A stretch of DNA of 32,308 nucleotides from Armatimonadota bacterium (GTDB lineage Bacteria; Armatimonadota; UBA5829). Position 1 is the first letter of the stretch. Every line of letters starts with the position of its first letter. The DNA lies in the NCBI GenBank assembly GCA_049969195.1, contig JBMFPI010000002.1, positions 1-32,308 of the forward strand, written 5' to 3'. The translations under genes and the position numbers were made by a program. Of the stretch, positions 23,619 to 31,891 are shown in pieces. The notes under the pieces were generated by a model. It was not told the DNA's origin and did not search any database. It saw only the letters and a program-made list of their open reading frames with translations.

Positions 23619-24998
23619 GTGATGAAAAGACTCCGAATCCATACGATAGTCCCGGTTATCTTCCTGGCGTTTGCCGCGTTTGTGGTCGGTTTTGCGACCC
23701 CCGACGTGTTGGCGAGCCGAGGTCGGATCAGCCGCTGGACGGCAAGCCTCCAGCTTCTACCTCAGCGTCTAGAAAACTTGGCCGCCCAGGGATATGACGG
23801 CGGAAGCTCCGCGCCGCTGGGGGTGATCGACAGTTACTCGGCTGTCCTGGAGCGCCTGAAGGCCGATTACTACGGCGGCAAGATTGACGAACGCAAGCTT
23901 ACCTACAGCGCCATTCGTGGCATGCTGCACGCTCTAGACGACCCGTTTACGCGCTTTCTTGACCCAGAAGAGTATAAGCGCATGCGCGAGGAGAACGAGG
24001 GCAACTTCACAGGCATAGGCGCCCAGCTCGACACCAACGATAAGGGCGAAGTGTACGTCAAGGAGCCGCTGCCGGAAACTCCCGCCGAGCGAGCCGGAAT
24101 CAAGGCAAACGATGTGATCGTCGCAGTGGACGGCAAGTCGATCAAGGGCAAAGATATCCTCGAGGTGGTCAAGCTGATCCGGGGCCCCGAAGGCACCAAG
24201 GTCAAACTGACCTTGCGCAGGCCGAAAGTCCCAAAGCTAATCACCAAAGTGATCACCAGGCAGGTTGTTCAGTTCCGCATGGTCAAGTGGCGGATGGTCG
24301 ATGAGAAGAACGGGATCGGCTACATCAGGCTCTATCAGTTCAACGAACAGTGTGACGCGCAGTTCGACAAGGCACTGGCTGAGCTGGAGCGCAGACACGT
24401 CAAAGGTCTGATTCTGGACCTCAGAGCAAACCCCGGCGGTCTGCTGCAGGCGGCGGTCGATATAGGTAGCCGGTTCATCGAGAGCGGCCCGGTGGTGATC
24501 ATCCAGGAGCGCGGCGGAGCCCGGCGGCCGCTCTATGTGGAGGAGGAGAAACACAACCACAAGCGCTACCCTCTGGTAGTGCTCGTGGATAACAGCAGCG
24601 CAAGCGCCTCGGAAATAGTCTCGGGGGCAATCAAGGACGACGGCGTCGGGACGCTTGTGGGCGTAAAGACTTTCGGCAAAGGCCGCGTTCAGACGATAAT
24701 GCCGCTCGAGGACGGCTCCGCCGTCGCGATCACCACGGCGAAGTATCTGACCCCCAAAGGCACGGACATTCACAAGAAAGGCATAGAGCCCGATATCGAG
24801 GTAAAGGCCCCGGACGACTTCGACCCAAAAGATCCCAAAACCGATCTGCAGCTTGCAAAGGCTGTCGATGTGCTGAAGGTCAAGATGGGCTTGCTGCCTC
24901 AAAGCGTGCTTGACGAGCTTAAGAAGACCGCGCAAGCAGCCGGGAGCCAGGTCAAGGGCAAGCAGCAGGCCGCGTCGCCTGCGGCGGCCGGCAAGTAA
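23619..24998 (+). CDS. ctpA: S41 C-terminal processing peptidase (Ctp/Prc family), catalytic residues intact
   Basis: GIGAQL, PAERAGIKANDVIVAVDG (PDZ), LILDLRANPGG, VVLVDNSSASASEIVSGAIKD (nucleophile Ser) and TFGKGRVQT (general-base Lys). N-terminal membrane anchor. Starts 1 nt after the upstream stop. Confidence 0.94.
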   Translation: MMKRLRIHTIVPVIFLAFAAFVVGFATPDVLASRGRISRWTASLQLLPQRLENLAAQGYDGGSSAPLGVIDSYSAVLERLKADYYGGKIDERKLTYSAIRGMLHALDDPFTRFLDPEEYKRMREENEGNFTGIGAQLDTNDKGEVYVKEPLPETPAERAGIKANDVIVAVDGKSIKGKDILEVVKLIRGPEGTKVKLTLRRPKVPKLITKVITRQVVQFRMVKWRMVDEKNGIGYIRLYQFNEQCDAQFDKALAELERRHVKGLILDLRANPGGLLQAAVDIGSRFIESGPVVIIQERGGARRPLYVEEEKHNHKRYPLVVLVDNSSASASEIVSGAIKDDGVGTLVGVKTFGKGRVQTIMPLEDGSAVAITTAKYLTPKGTDIHKKGIEPDIEVKAPDDFDPKDPKTDLQLAKAVDVLKVKMGLLPQSVLDELKKTAQAAGSQVKGKQQAASPAAAGK

Positions 24999-25108
24999 AG
25001 CTGCATGCCGGACCGGGAGCCCGATCCAAGTACGAATAAGCAGATGGCCAAGTAGGCCAGAGGCCTAACGGCGAGATACCTCTCGCGCCGCATTGGTGGG
25101 TTCTCAAA

Positions 25109-26068
25109 ATGAACGCACGAAGAAGAAGTCGCAGCCCCGAACGGCCCCAGGCCGTGGGGCTGCTTGTTTATGTCGCTGCAGCGGTCATAGCGGGGGTCTG
25201 CCTTGGAACCTATCTGGGCAAACACTCCGGAGTCTCCGGTTACAGTGCCGCGCCGGCAGTCTCGCCCCGGGAAGCGGCCCCGTCGGCTTCTCCCAGTCGC
25301 CCGGCTGAGCACGCAGGCACCCGAAGATCAAACGAGCCGGCCCGGACGCCTGCGATCCGCGGGCCGGTCGAGCCGCCGAATGCCCCCGTCCGCGAACCCG
25401 CGCAGGCACCACTCCCCACCCGCAGGACTCCGCAAGCTCCGTCGCACCCTCGCCCCCGCGGTTTCGAAGGCGAAATCGCGCACACGAACAGCACGACGAT
25501 GGTCGCCCTTACGTTCGACGCAGGCGCATCCAGTAAGCCGACCTCGCAGCTACTCGATCGGCTTAAGGCCGCCGGGTTGAAAGTAACCTTCTTTCTCACC
25601 GGCAGATGGTGCGAACAGAACGAAGCCCTGGTTAGGCGAATACATGACGAAGGCCACGAGATCGCCAATCACACTTACTCGCACCCGGACCTGCGCAAAC
25701 TCGAGGATTCCGCAATCAGGGAGGAGATCACAAGGACCGACGAGATAGTGCTGCGGATCACCGGCGACCACTGCGCGCCCTACCTGAGGCCGCCCTACGG
25801 CGCTCGCGACAGGCGCGTTCTCCGAATCGCATCCGAAGAGGGTTATACTCTCATCTACTGGTCGGTCGATAGCTGGGACGCGTTCAAGAAGGGCATCATG
25901 GCCGACGAGATCCGCGAGCGCGTGCTGGACAGGGTCCGCGGGGGCGATATCGTGCTCATGCACTGCGGCAGTCAGGCTACTGCGGACGCTCTGCCGGAAC
26001 TCATCCGCGAGTTGCACACAAGGGGGCTGAAAATAGTCACCGTGACGGAGCTGCTTCGCGCCGGCTGA
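25109..26068 (+). CDS. Polysaccharide/peptidoglycan deacetylase (CE4, NodB homology domain) with N-terminal anchor and Pro-rich linker
   Basis: VALTFDAG (TFDDG-type motif), HEIANHTYSHPDL (HxxxH metal site), RPPYG and IVLMHC. TM segment VGLLVYVAAAVIAGVCLGTYL. Confidence 0.92.
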   Translation: MNARRRSRSPERPQAVGLLVYVAAAVIAGVCLGTYLGKHSGVSGYSAAPAVSPREAAPSASPSRPAEHAGTRRSNEPARTPAIRGPVEPPNAPVREPAQAPLPTRRTPQAPSHPRPRGFEGEIAHTNSTTMVALTFDAGASSKPTSQLLDRLKAAGLKVTFFLTGRWCEQNEALVRRIHDEGHEIANHTYSHPDLRKLEDSAIREEITRTDEIVLRITGDHCAPYLRPPYGARDRRVLRIASEEGYTLIYWSVDSWDAFKKGIMADEIRERVLDRVRGGDIVLMHCGSQATADALPELIRELHTRGLKIVTVTELLRAG

Positions 26069-26082
26069 CAGTTCCGCAGGAA

Positions 26083-28530
26083 TCAAGGGGGCGCTGCAAC
26101 AGAGGTCACTTGCCAGTCCTCCGGTGAATGTGTGAGGACGGTGTAGGCGTAGTACTCGTCCCCGCTGTAGGGCGGCCAAACGGGGTCAACGAACTCGATC
26201 GAAACGACGCCGGTAGCATCGAGGTAGTCGCCGACAGTGACTCCATATGTCCCTTTTGCGGCGATCTTCACCCTGACGCCGCTAGGTGCCCCCGGCCGCG
26301 GCGGTATTTGATCGACGATGCCTCCCCCGTCATCTATGGTCACCGTAGCGTCCATGAACGGGCTGCTGGTGTCGGTCCAGGTGACGCGGCCAAACACGCG
26401 GACCCGCAGTCCCACGTTGCACAGCCCCCCGCCTCCGAAAAGGGACGGCTGTATCGGGGCGACGCCGCCGATGTGCTTGCTCGACACGCCGAGTGGCCGG
26501 GGAAGCCCGAACCCTCCGTTCACGGCTCCCCATTCGGCGGCCACCACCACGGCCTCCATGTTGTGCTGCACGACAAGGCCGGCAAGCGTGATGCGGTCGC
26601 CCACAAACGGCACCTGCGGGGCAGCCGGGTCCAAGTACACGGCAATACCGGCGGATCTATCGTCCTCCTGGACGTAGGCCTTGTAGTAGCTTTTCTCGAA
26701 GCAGTCCAGGGGGTAAGGGTCTATGTGAGTGAGCACTTTGTCCTCAAGAATTACCCCGAAATCGCCCTGGGAGGCCTTCAGCGCTCCGATGCTGGTAGGC
26801 CGCGGCGCAGTGAGCCTTGCGTGATCGACCGCCGCAACGTGCCATTCCAGCGCCCACTGCTGGTAGATATCCAGAAAAACCGTGACAATTCCGCCGGGAC
26901 CTGCGGCGGCGGTAATTCCCGCCGGAAACCACCGGCTGTCGTTGGCGGACGAGACGGCCGTCCACCATCGGATATTGGGGGATTTCGGATCTGTGCCGCC
27001 ATCCGGGTCGATACCGATCCTCACACGCGTGTTGCTCGGTACCCCTCCGACGTTGAGCGCTACGCATCGGGCGGAGAAGCAACACAACTGGCCCGGCGGC
27101 CAGAAGACTCTCTGGAAGACACCGCCGTTCTTGAAGCCCCAGTTCGCAGCCGCCCCCACGAAGTATTCGCCGTCATATGCGCGCACGCCCCCGTACCACG
27201 CAGAAGGCCCCTGGTTGGGGTACGGTCCCACCAGGCCGTCGATCGGATGGTAGCCGATGGTCTCGTCGCCGGTCGTGTAAGGAACCCAGGGATACAGGCT
27301 GTGCCCTGATCCGCCGTATGATTCCTCGAAGCTGCCGTTGCGCAGAGCCGGCTCGGGCGGCGGAAGGGTCTGGAACTGCTGATCAGCCGAGCATGCGTCA
27401 GAGTACTTCGGCGGATTTCGGCCCCACACCCGAAAATGATAGACCTGGTTCTCAGCGAGGCCGGCAATGGTCACGACGTGAGCTGTCGTAAGCTGCGTAT
27501 CTTCGGCGGTGAAGTTGCCGTAGGCTGGGTTCGGGCCGTATTCGACGCGCGAAGTCGCCGGCACGTCGGTGATCCATCTGACAACTATCTCCGAACCAAC
27601 CTTGCCGGGGCCAGCGACTATCTGGTCGAACTGAATAGGCGTCTTGAGAACCCTGTCGTCGGACCTCCAATCTGAGTAGCCCGGTGCGCTGCTGGACGCG
27701 CGAAAGTGATAGGTCGTAGTGTGTGTGAGCCCTTCCAGGAGGATGCTGTGGTCCAGGCGCGCGTCCGCGTCGTGCACAACCTGTCCGTACTCCTGGGTAG
27801 GGCCGTAATCAACCCGCGACGTGCTCGGCACGTCGGTCGTCCACTCGATTCTCACGGTAGACTCAGGCCGACTGGGATCTCCCGGCTGCACGATGCGGGG
27901 ATCGCCGGGCACGACAGTTATCGGCGGCAATTGGGTCCAGGCTACGTCGTCCCACAGCGTCGATAGAACGCCTGCGGCATAGGGCTGTTCCGATTCGATG
28001 AAGAGAGTGTAGATCCCGGGTCCGGGAACCGAAATCGATCTGGTGAACCAAGCGTCGCCCCACTCGAAGTCCAGCCAGGATTCTACGTCGCTGCGGTTAT
28101 GGGATTCGCCGGACACAAGCGCCATCCTGACTTTGCAGGCATTCGGCAGTGGACCGCCCCCATTTATAGGGTACTTCTCGGAATAAGCCCGCGCGGTTAC
28201 GGACAACGTGGCAGGCCCGCCGGGCCAGTGGAAAACTTGGTAGACCCCGCCGTTCTTGGTTTCGCCCCAGGCCTGCATTCCGCACACATTGGTGCCTTCG
28301 GGAACGTAGACCGGTTGGAGAACGTCGAATGGACAGGGCCGAGCACCCACACAGCCCGCCGCCGGCTCTACCGGCGAACCTCCGGTCGGCGTCACGTAGC
28401 CGTAGGCGGACCACCCGGCCAGGCCGTTCTCGAAACCGGGGTTGATGAACGGGTTCTGCGCGCTGGCGCACGCCGCCGCCCACAACACCACGCAGAGGCC
28501 CACCACCAGGGCTTTTCCGTTGCCCGCCAT
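26083..28530 (-). CDS. Large (815 aa) modular secreted/surface protein: two jelly-roll CBM-like modules, two FN3-like modules, OB/beta-barrel-like C-terminal modules
   Basis: The ATG at 28530 has GGAGGG upstream and a signal peptide MAGNGKALVVGLCVVLWAAACASA. The track start at 28755 runs through a repeat. NPGFENGLAGW and NGSFEES are CBM-like starts. Duplicated VRIEWTTDVPSTSRVDYGP / VVRWITDVPATSRVEYGP modules end in YHFR. Confidence 0.88.
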   Translation of the reverse strand: MAGNGKALVVGLCVVLWAAACASAQNPFINPGFENGLAGWSAYGYVTPTGGSPVEPAAGCVGARPCPFDVLQPVYVPEGTNVCGMQAWGETKNGGVYQVFHWPGGPATLSVTARAYSEKYPINGGGPLPNACKVRMALVSGESHNRSDVESWLDFEWGDAWFTRSISVPGPGIYTLFIESEQPYAAGVLSTLWDDVAWTQLPPITVVPGDPRIVQPGDPSRPESTVRIEWTTDVPSTSRVDYGPTQEYGQVVHDADARLDHSILLEGLTHTTTYHFRASSSAPGYSDWRSDDRVLKTPIQFDQIVAGPGKVGSEIVVRWITDVPATSRVEYGPNPAYGNFTAEDTQLTTAHVVTIAGLAENQVYHFRVWGRNPPKYSDACSADQQFQTLPPPEPALRNGSFEESYGGSGHSLYPWVPYTTGDETIGYHPIDGLVGPYPNQGPSAWYGGVRAYDGEYFVGAAANWGFKNGGVFQRVFWPPGQLCCFSARCVALNVGGVPSNTRVRIGIDPDGGTDPKSPNIRWWTAVSSANDSRWFPAGITAAAGPGGIVTVFLDIYQQWALEWHVAAVDHARLTAPRPTSIGALKASQGDFGVILEDKVLTHIDPYPLDCFEKSYYKAYVQEDDRSAGIAVYLDPAAPQVPFVGDRITLAGLVVQHNMEAVVVAAEWGAVNGGFGLPRPLGVSSKHIGGVAPIQPSLFGGGGLCNVGLRVRVFGRVTWTDTSSPFMDATVTIDDGGGIVDQIPPRPGAPSGVRVKIAAKGTYGVTVGDYLDATGVVSIEFVDPVWPPYSGDEYYAYTVLTHSPEDWQVTSVAAPP

Positions 28531-28684
28531 GAAACAGCGATCCCTCCGTGCCTGCCCGCCTGGTGAAGTCTGTTTATTATGATTATCGGCTGTGCGCCTC
28601 CGGTCTGCTGACCGGCTGCCCGCGTTATTCGATGTAACACACGTCGCGCCGTGCGCCTTTCGAAAGGACTGCCAGCAATAGAGG

Positions 28685-28777
28685 TTATTGTGATACCGCG
28701 CAGACCCAGCGTTTTCGGCGATTTCACGCTTCTCGACTACACGGGAGAAGCGCAAGAAATATGCCTATCACAACGAT
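28685..28777 (+). repeat. Family A intergenic palindromic element (right arm degenerate)
   Basis: TTATTGTGATACCGCGCAGACCCAGCGTTTTCGGCGATTTCAC...GGGAGAAGCGCAAGAAATATGCCTATCACAACGATC. Outer arms TTGTGATA/TATCACAA. Confidence 0.7.
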
Positions 28778-28826
28778 CTGTTACCGCAACAACCCGCTTC
28801 CGCGCGCAACCTCCGCAGGGAAGAAA

Positions 28827-28940
28827 GGTATCAATTCGGTCTTGCAGGCTCAAGGTCGCAGGCCCCATCATCCCGAACTCGATTCAGGACCTATCCCCTC
28901 GGCACCCGGATGCTGAAACGAGTTCAGCATGACGTGATTC
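28827..28940 (+). repeat. Family B inverted-repeat element with 5' extension
   Basis: GGTATCAATTCGGTCTTGCAGGC...CCCCATCATCCCGAACTCGATTCAGGACC...GGATGCTGAAACGAGTTCAGCATGACGTGATTC is colinear with 21428-21543. Confidence 0.8.
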
Positions 28941-28973
28941 ACGCGGAGCTCAACCATCTCCAGAAAGCCCAGG

Positions 28974-29426
28974 CTATGGCGGAGGGGCTATGACGGTGAT
29001 ATCGGACTGCCGTCTGGGCCTGAGATTGGGCTGTATCTGCCCGCTGCCGTTGACCCACGTGCTCGATATGCACGTCACGGCTACGTACGAGTTGAGTGCG
29101 GGCGGGGTGATCGTGTTGCCGGGAGCCAGGTTGTCGTAGCTTACCCTCAGGCCGACATAGCCAGACCCGTCCTGACGCCCAGCACCGTCGTTGATGTAAA
29201 ATATTTTGTTAGCCTCGTCGACAAAGGTCACCTTACCCCAAGTTCTGATCAGCAGGCCAATGTTATTCATGCCGACGCATCCCTCGACGCCCGGCGTGTA
29301 ATCATTAAGCCTGCCGCCTCCCACGTCCCTGTTGTTGAGGGCCAGGGGAGCGGGCTCATCCGCCGCCGACCCGGCCGCCAGCACCAATGCCATCATTGCG
29401 AGAACTGCCTGCGCAGTCGCTTTCAT
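28974..29426 (-). CDS. Small secreted protein, paralogue of the C-terminal module of the 815-aa protein
   Basis: The ATG at 29426 has GAGGTGG upstream and a signal peptide MKATAQAVLAMMALVLAAGSA. GMNNIGLLIRTWGKVTFVD...YINDGAG...GLRVSY...YVAVTCIS parallels CNVGLRVRVFGRVTWTD...TIDDGGG...GVRVKI...YLDATGVVS of the large protein. Confidence 0.8.
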   Translation of the reverse strand: MKATAQAVLAMMALVLAAGSAADEPAPLALNNRDVGGGRLNDYTPGVEGCVGMNNIGLLIRTWGKVTFVDEANKIFYINDGAGRQDGSGYVGLRVSYDNLAPGNTITPPALNSYVAVTCISSTWVNGSGQIQPNLRPRRQSDITVIAPPP

Positions 29427-29499
29427 CGCGCCACCTCTTTCCCTGACGGACACCGCCACCCGGTCGCCCTACTCAAGACCCGGTAGCTCTCCTATTAGC

Positions 29500-29528
29500 T
29501 ATATACCCCATTACTCGTGATTTGGCAA
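29500..29528 (-). promoter_or_regulatory. Sigma70-like promoter for the small secreted protein gene
   Basis: Minus strand reads TTGCCA (29528-29523), a 17-nt spacer, then TATATA (29505-29500), about 74 nt upstream of the ATG at 29426. Confidence 0.5.
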
Positions 29529-29547
29529 GACCCCCGGCGGAGGTTCC

Positions 29548-29580
29548 CGCGACACAACGCAAGCCCGACGTTTTCAACGA
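29548..29580 (+). repeat. Family A element, left half only
   Basis: CGCGACACAACGCAAGCCCGACGTTTTCAACGA aligns with TTGCGACACGACGCAAATCCAGCGTTCTCGGCGA of copy 4635. The right arm is not recognisable. Confidence 0.5.
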
Positions 29581-29663
29581 CTGTGCGCCGCGGGAATTGG
29601 ACCCAGCGCGCCCCCGCGCGGTGATTCCATTCAGCCGTCCCCCCTACATAAGGATGCCTAGGA

Positions 29664-29738
29664 CCCCGTCATGCTGAACCTGATTCAGGATCCACACATT
29701 CGGCGGCCGGATGCCAAAACATGTTCAGCATGACACGG
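29664..29738 (+). repeat. Family B inverted-repeat element (perfect 12-bp terminal arms)
   Basis: GTCATGCTGAAC (29668-29679) and GTTCAGCATGAC (29723-29734) flank CTGATTCAGGATCC...GGATGCC. Confidence 0.8.
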
Positions 29739-29865
29739 TTTTCGCGGGTTCACGCGGAAGTGAATTGTCTCCTCGTAAAGCGGGCGCTTTCGGCGAGACT
29801 GCCGCCTGTGTTACACTTGGTGTGGGAAGCAAGAGCCGCGTTCGTGTGTCGTCAGTCTAATTCTG

Positions 29866-30516
29866 ATGCAGTGGGATGAACTCTCAGGCCGCATAACGCG
29901 AAGCGTCGGGACCCCGGCACTGGTCCTGGCGGTAGTGATAATTGCCGGCTGCGGCAAGAGCGAGCGTGCCTCACAGCCGGTAATGCCGCAGGGGGCAGCG
30001 GCACGGCCAGCCGCTTCGGCGCCGCAGTCGAAGAACGGCAAAGCGACCGCGCCGGCAGCCGATGGGATGCCCAACCTGAAGATCGTCCAGAAAGGTATTA
30101 CACTGCGCTGGCTTGAGAAGAACCGCACCGGTATGGCCGCGAGAGCACGCAAGTTCGAGGGGAGCGAGGTCACACGAAAAGGCGTTCTGGTTGACTTTTC
30201 CGCCGAGCTGTACGAAAATGGCAAGCTGACCACCACCTTGACCGCGCCGAGGGTCGTCGCCGACGAGGCGAACCGCACCCTGACCGCCGCCGGCGGAGTT
30301 ACCCTGAAATCTCTCGAACGCGGAACCGTAGTCAGAGCCGAATGGATCAGGTGGTTGGCAAGACAGAACAAGATTGTCGGCAACGGCGGGGTGAAGGTGG
30401 TGTCGAATACTCAAGAAGGCGACCGGTATGAGGTGGAGGGCGCGGCTTTCGAAGCCGATACAGCTCTGAAGACAATTAAGATAATGAACTCAGCGAAAGG
30501 GCTGGTCCGGGAGTGA
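29866..30516 (+). CDS. LptC-like / OstA-fold lipoprotein (first gene of the lpt block)
   Basis: Lipobox VVIIAGC after a hydrophobic stretch. Repetitive beta-rich sequence (LTAPRVVADEANRTLTAAGGVTLKS...AEWIRWLARQNKIVGNGGVKV) resembles LptC/LptA jelly-rolls. Its stop overlaps the next start (GTGA). The call rests mainly on synteny. Confidence 0.6.
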   Translation: MQWDELSGRITRSVGTPALVLAVVIIAGCGKSERASQPVMPQGAAARPAASAPQSKNGKATAPAADGMPNLKIVQKGITLRWLEKNRTGMAARARKFEGSEVTRKGVLVDFSAELYENGKLTTTLTAPRVVADEANRTLTAAGGVTLKSLERGTVVRAEWIRWLARQNKIVGNGGVKVVSNTQEGDRYEVEGAAFEADTALKTIKIMNSAKGLVRE

Positions 30517-31166
30517 GAATCATCAATCGGGAACACACCGTCAAACGGGTTCTGATCGGACAGGCGGTCTTGCTCGCGGTGTGCTTGACTGCCGCACCGG
30601 TTCCCTGCCGGCAGAGCTTCAGCCGAACAGGCGTCTCGATCCAGACGCGGCCCGGGGGCGTTATCACGCTGTTCGACTCGCTCAGTCGTGTCGAGGCTGT
30701 CGGCGGAGTGCACATCGAAGCCGTGAACAAGCCCGCCAGAACCACGCTGGTGGCCGACGCGGACAAGATGACGGTTGTCCGATTCTCGGACCCAAAGAAG
30801 GCCGGCGCGCTTCAGGGCATGGATTCCATAAAGAGCGCCATGTTCACCGGTTCGGTTAAGTTGGTCTTCACGGGTCCGAAGCGGGTCGGCGCAGGGTCAG
30901 GCGAGTCGGCACGTGAGGTAATGACCACCACAACCGCTACGGCGGACAGCGCCGGTTTCGACGGCACGACGGGAATCGTAACCCTGACAGGACACGTAAA
31001 AATCATACAGGACGATCCCTCGATGTGGGCCGAGCCGGCGGTAATGACCGGCGACAAGGCAATGATCAACCTCAGGCGGAAGCCCGGCACGGAGGATTTC
31101 GATTTCAGGATCGAGAGCACGACCGGGCCAAGCCGCATCGAAGTCGTGCCGAAGGGGGAAAGCTGA
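30513..31166 (+). CDS. LptA/OstA-family periplasmic protein
   Basis: Signal peptide VLIGQAVLLAVCLTAAP. ADADKMTV...FTGSVKLV...ADSAGFDGTTGIVTLTGHVKIIQDD...GDKAMINL is the OstA_N pattern. Sits immediately upstream of lptB. Confidence 0.7.
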   Translation: MRIINREHTVKRVLIGQAVLLAVCLTAAPVPCRQSFSRTGVSIQTRPGGVITLFDSLSRVEAVGGVHIEAVNKPARTTLVADADKMTVVRFSDPKKAGALQGMDSIKSAMFTGSVKLVFTGPKRVGAGSGESAREVMTTTTATADSAGFDGTTGIVTLTGHVKIIQDDPSMWAEPAVMTGDKAMINLRRKPGTEDFDFRIESTTGPSRIEVVPKGES

Positions 31167-31882
31167 AACTCGAAGCGAAAAACCTGGTCAAGGCGTACAA
31201 GGGTCGACGGGTCGTCAACGGCGTAAGCCTGACGATGGAAACGGGCGAGATCGTCGGCCTGCTGGGGCCAAACGGCGCCGGCAAGACCACGTCGTTCTAT
31301 ATGATCGTCGGGCTGGTGCGTCCGGACGAGGGGCAGGTTCTGCTCGACGGGCGCGACATAACTCACAAGCCGATGTATCAGCGCGCGCGGCTGGGCCTCG
31401 GCTATCTCGCTCAGGAGCCCTCGATTTTCCGCAGACTGACGGTAGAGGAGAACGTGCGGCTGGTGTTGGAGATGGGCGGGCTGAGCCGCGCGGAGCAGAA
31501 GCGAAAGACGGACAGCCTGCTGGAAGAGCTCGGCATAGCGCACATCCGCGACCACAAGGGCCTGGTGCTCTCGGGCGGTGAACGGCGCCGAGTTGAGATC
31601 GCTAGGGCGCTCGCGACCGACCCGAAGTTCATGTTGCTCGACGAGCCTTTCACCGGGGTCGATCCGATAGCGATCGGGGACATCCAGGATATCGTCAGCC
31701 ATCTTAAGGACAAAGGCATCGGCATTATCATCACCGACCACAACGTCCGCGAGACGCTCGCGATCACCGACCGGGCTTACATCATGTCGGAGGGCGAGAT
31801 AAAGACCGCAGGCCCTTCGTGGCAGCTTCCCGACGACCCTATTGCGCGCAAGTTCTATCTGGGCGACCGGTTCGAGATGTGA
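31163..31882 (+). CDS. lptB: LPS export ABC transporter ATP-binding protein LptB
   Basis: LEAKNLVKAYKGRRVVNGVSL, Walker A GPNGAGKTT, signature LSGGERRRVEIARAL, Walker B MLLDEPF and H-loop ITDHN. The end is firm. The start is unresolved: the only start-type codon near the conserved N-terminus is CTG at 31163, and the nearest ATG/GTG/TTG is at 31025. Confidence 0.93.
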   Translation: MKLEAKNLVKAYKGRRVVNGVSLTMETGEIVGLLGPNGAGKTTSFYMIVGLVRPDEGQVLLDGRDITHKPMYQRARLGLGYLAQEPSIFRRLTVEENVRLVLEMGGLSRAEQKRKTDSLLEELGIAHIRDHKGLVLSGGERRRVEIARALATDPKFMLLDEPFTGVDPIAIGDIQDIVSHLKDKGIGIIITDHNVRETLAITDRAYIMSEGEIKTAGPSWQLPDDPIARKFYLGDRFEM

Positions 31883-31891
31883 GGTCCCCGA

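Noticed and set aside
25053-25086. Two short perfect hairpins (TAGGCC-AGA-GGCCTA and GCGAGA-TACC-TCTCGC) after the active S41 gene, considered as a terminator
   Set aside because: The stems are only 6 bp and no U-tract follows (GCCGCATTGG). The deacetylase gene starts 23 nt later and is probably co-transcribed. The structures are real in sequence but termination is not supported.
26066-26085. Convergent stop codons of the deacetylase and the 815-aa gene only 14 nt apart, with no terminator
   Set aside because: This is directly visible but not unusual in compact genomes, and no structure or motif occupies the gap. It is not informative on its own.
28657-28668. Perfect palindrome CCTTTCGAAAGG, and the nearby CCGGTC-AGCA-GACCGG hairpin (28591-28606), in the 5' region of the 815-aa gene
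   Set aside because: They are short and could arise by chance. There are no second copies in the window and I could not place a convincing promoter around them. They are not enough to call an operator.
28531-28755. N-terminal extensions implied by the ORF track: 28755 for the 815-aa protein, 4639 for STAS, 3570 for hslV, 10508 for the CAP protein
   Set aside because: The extensions run through repeats or lack an SD, and they would bury clear signal peptides or conserved N-termini. Internal starts with SD motifs fit better.
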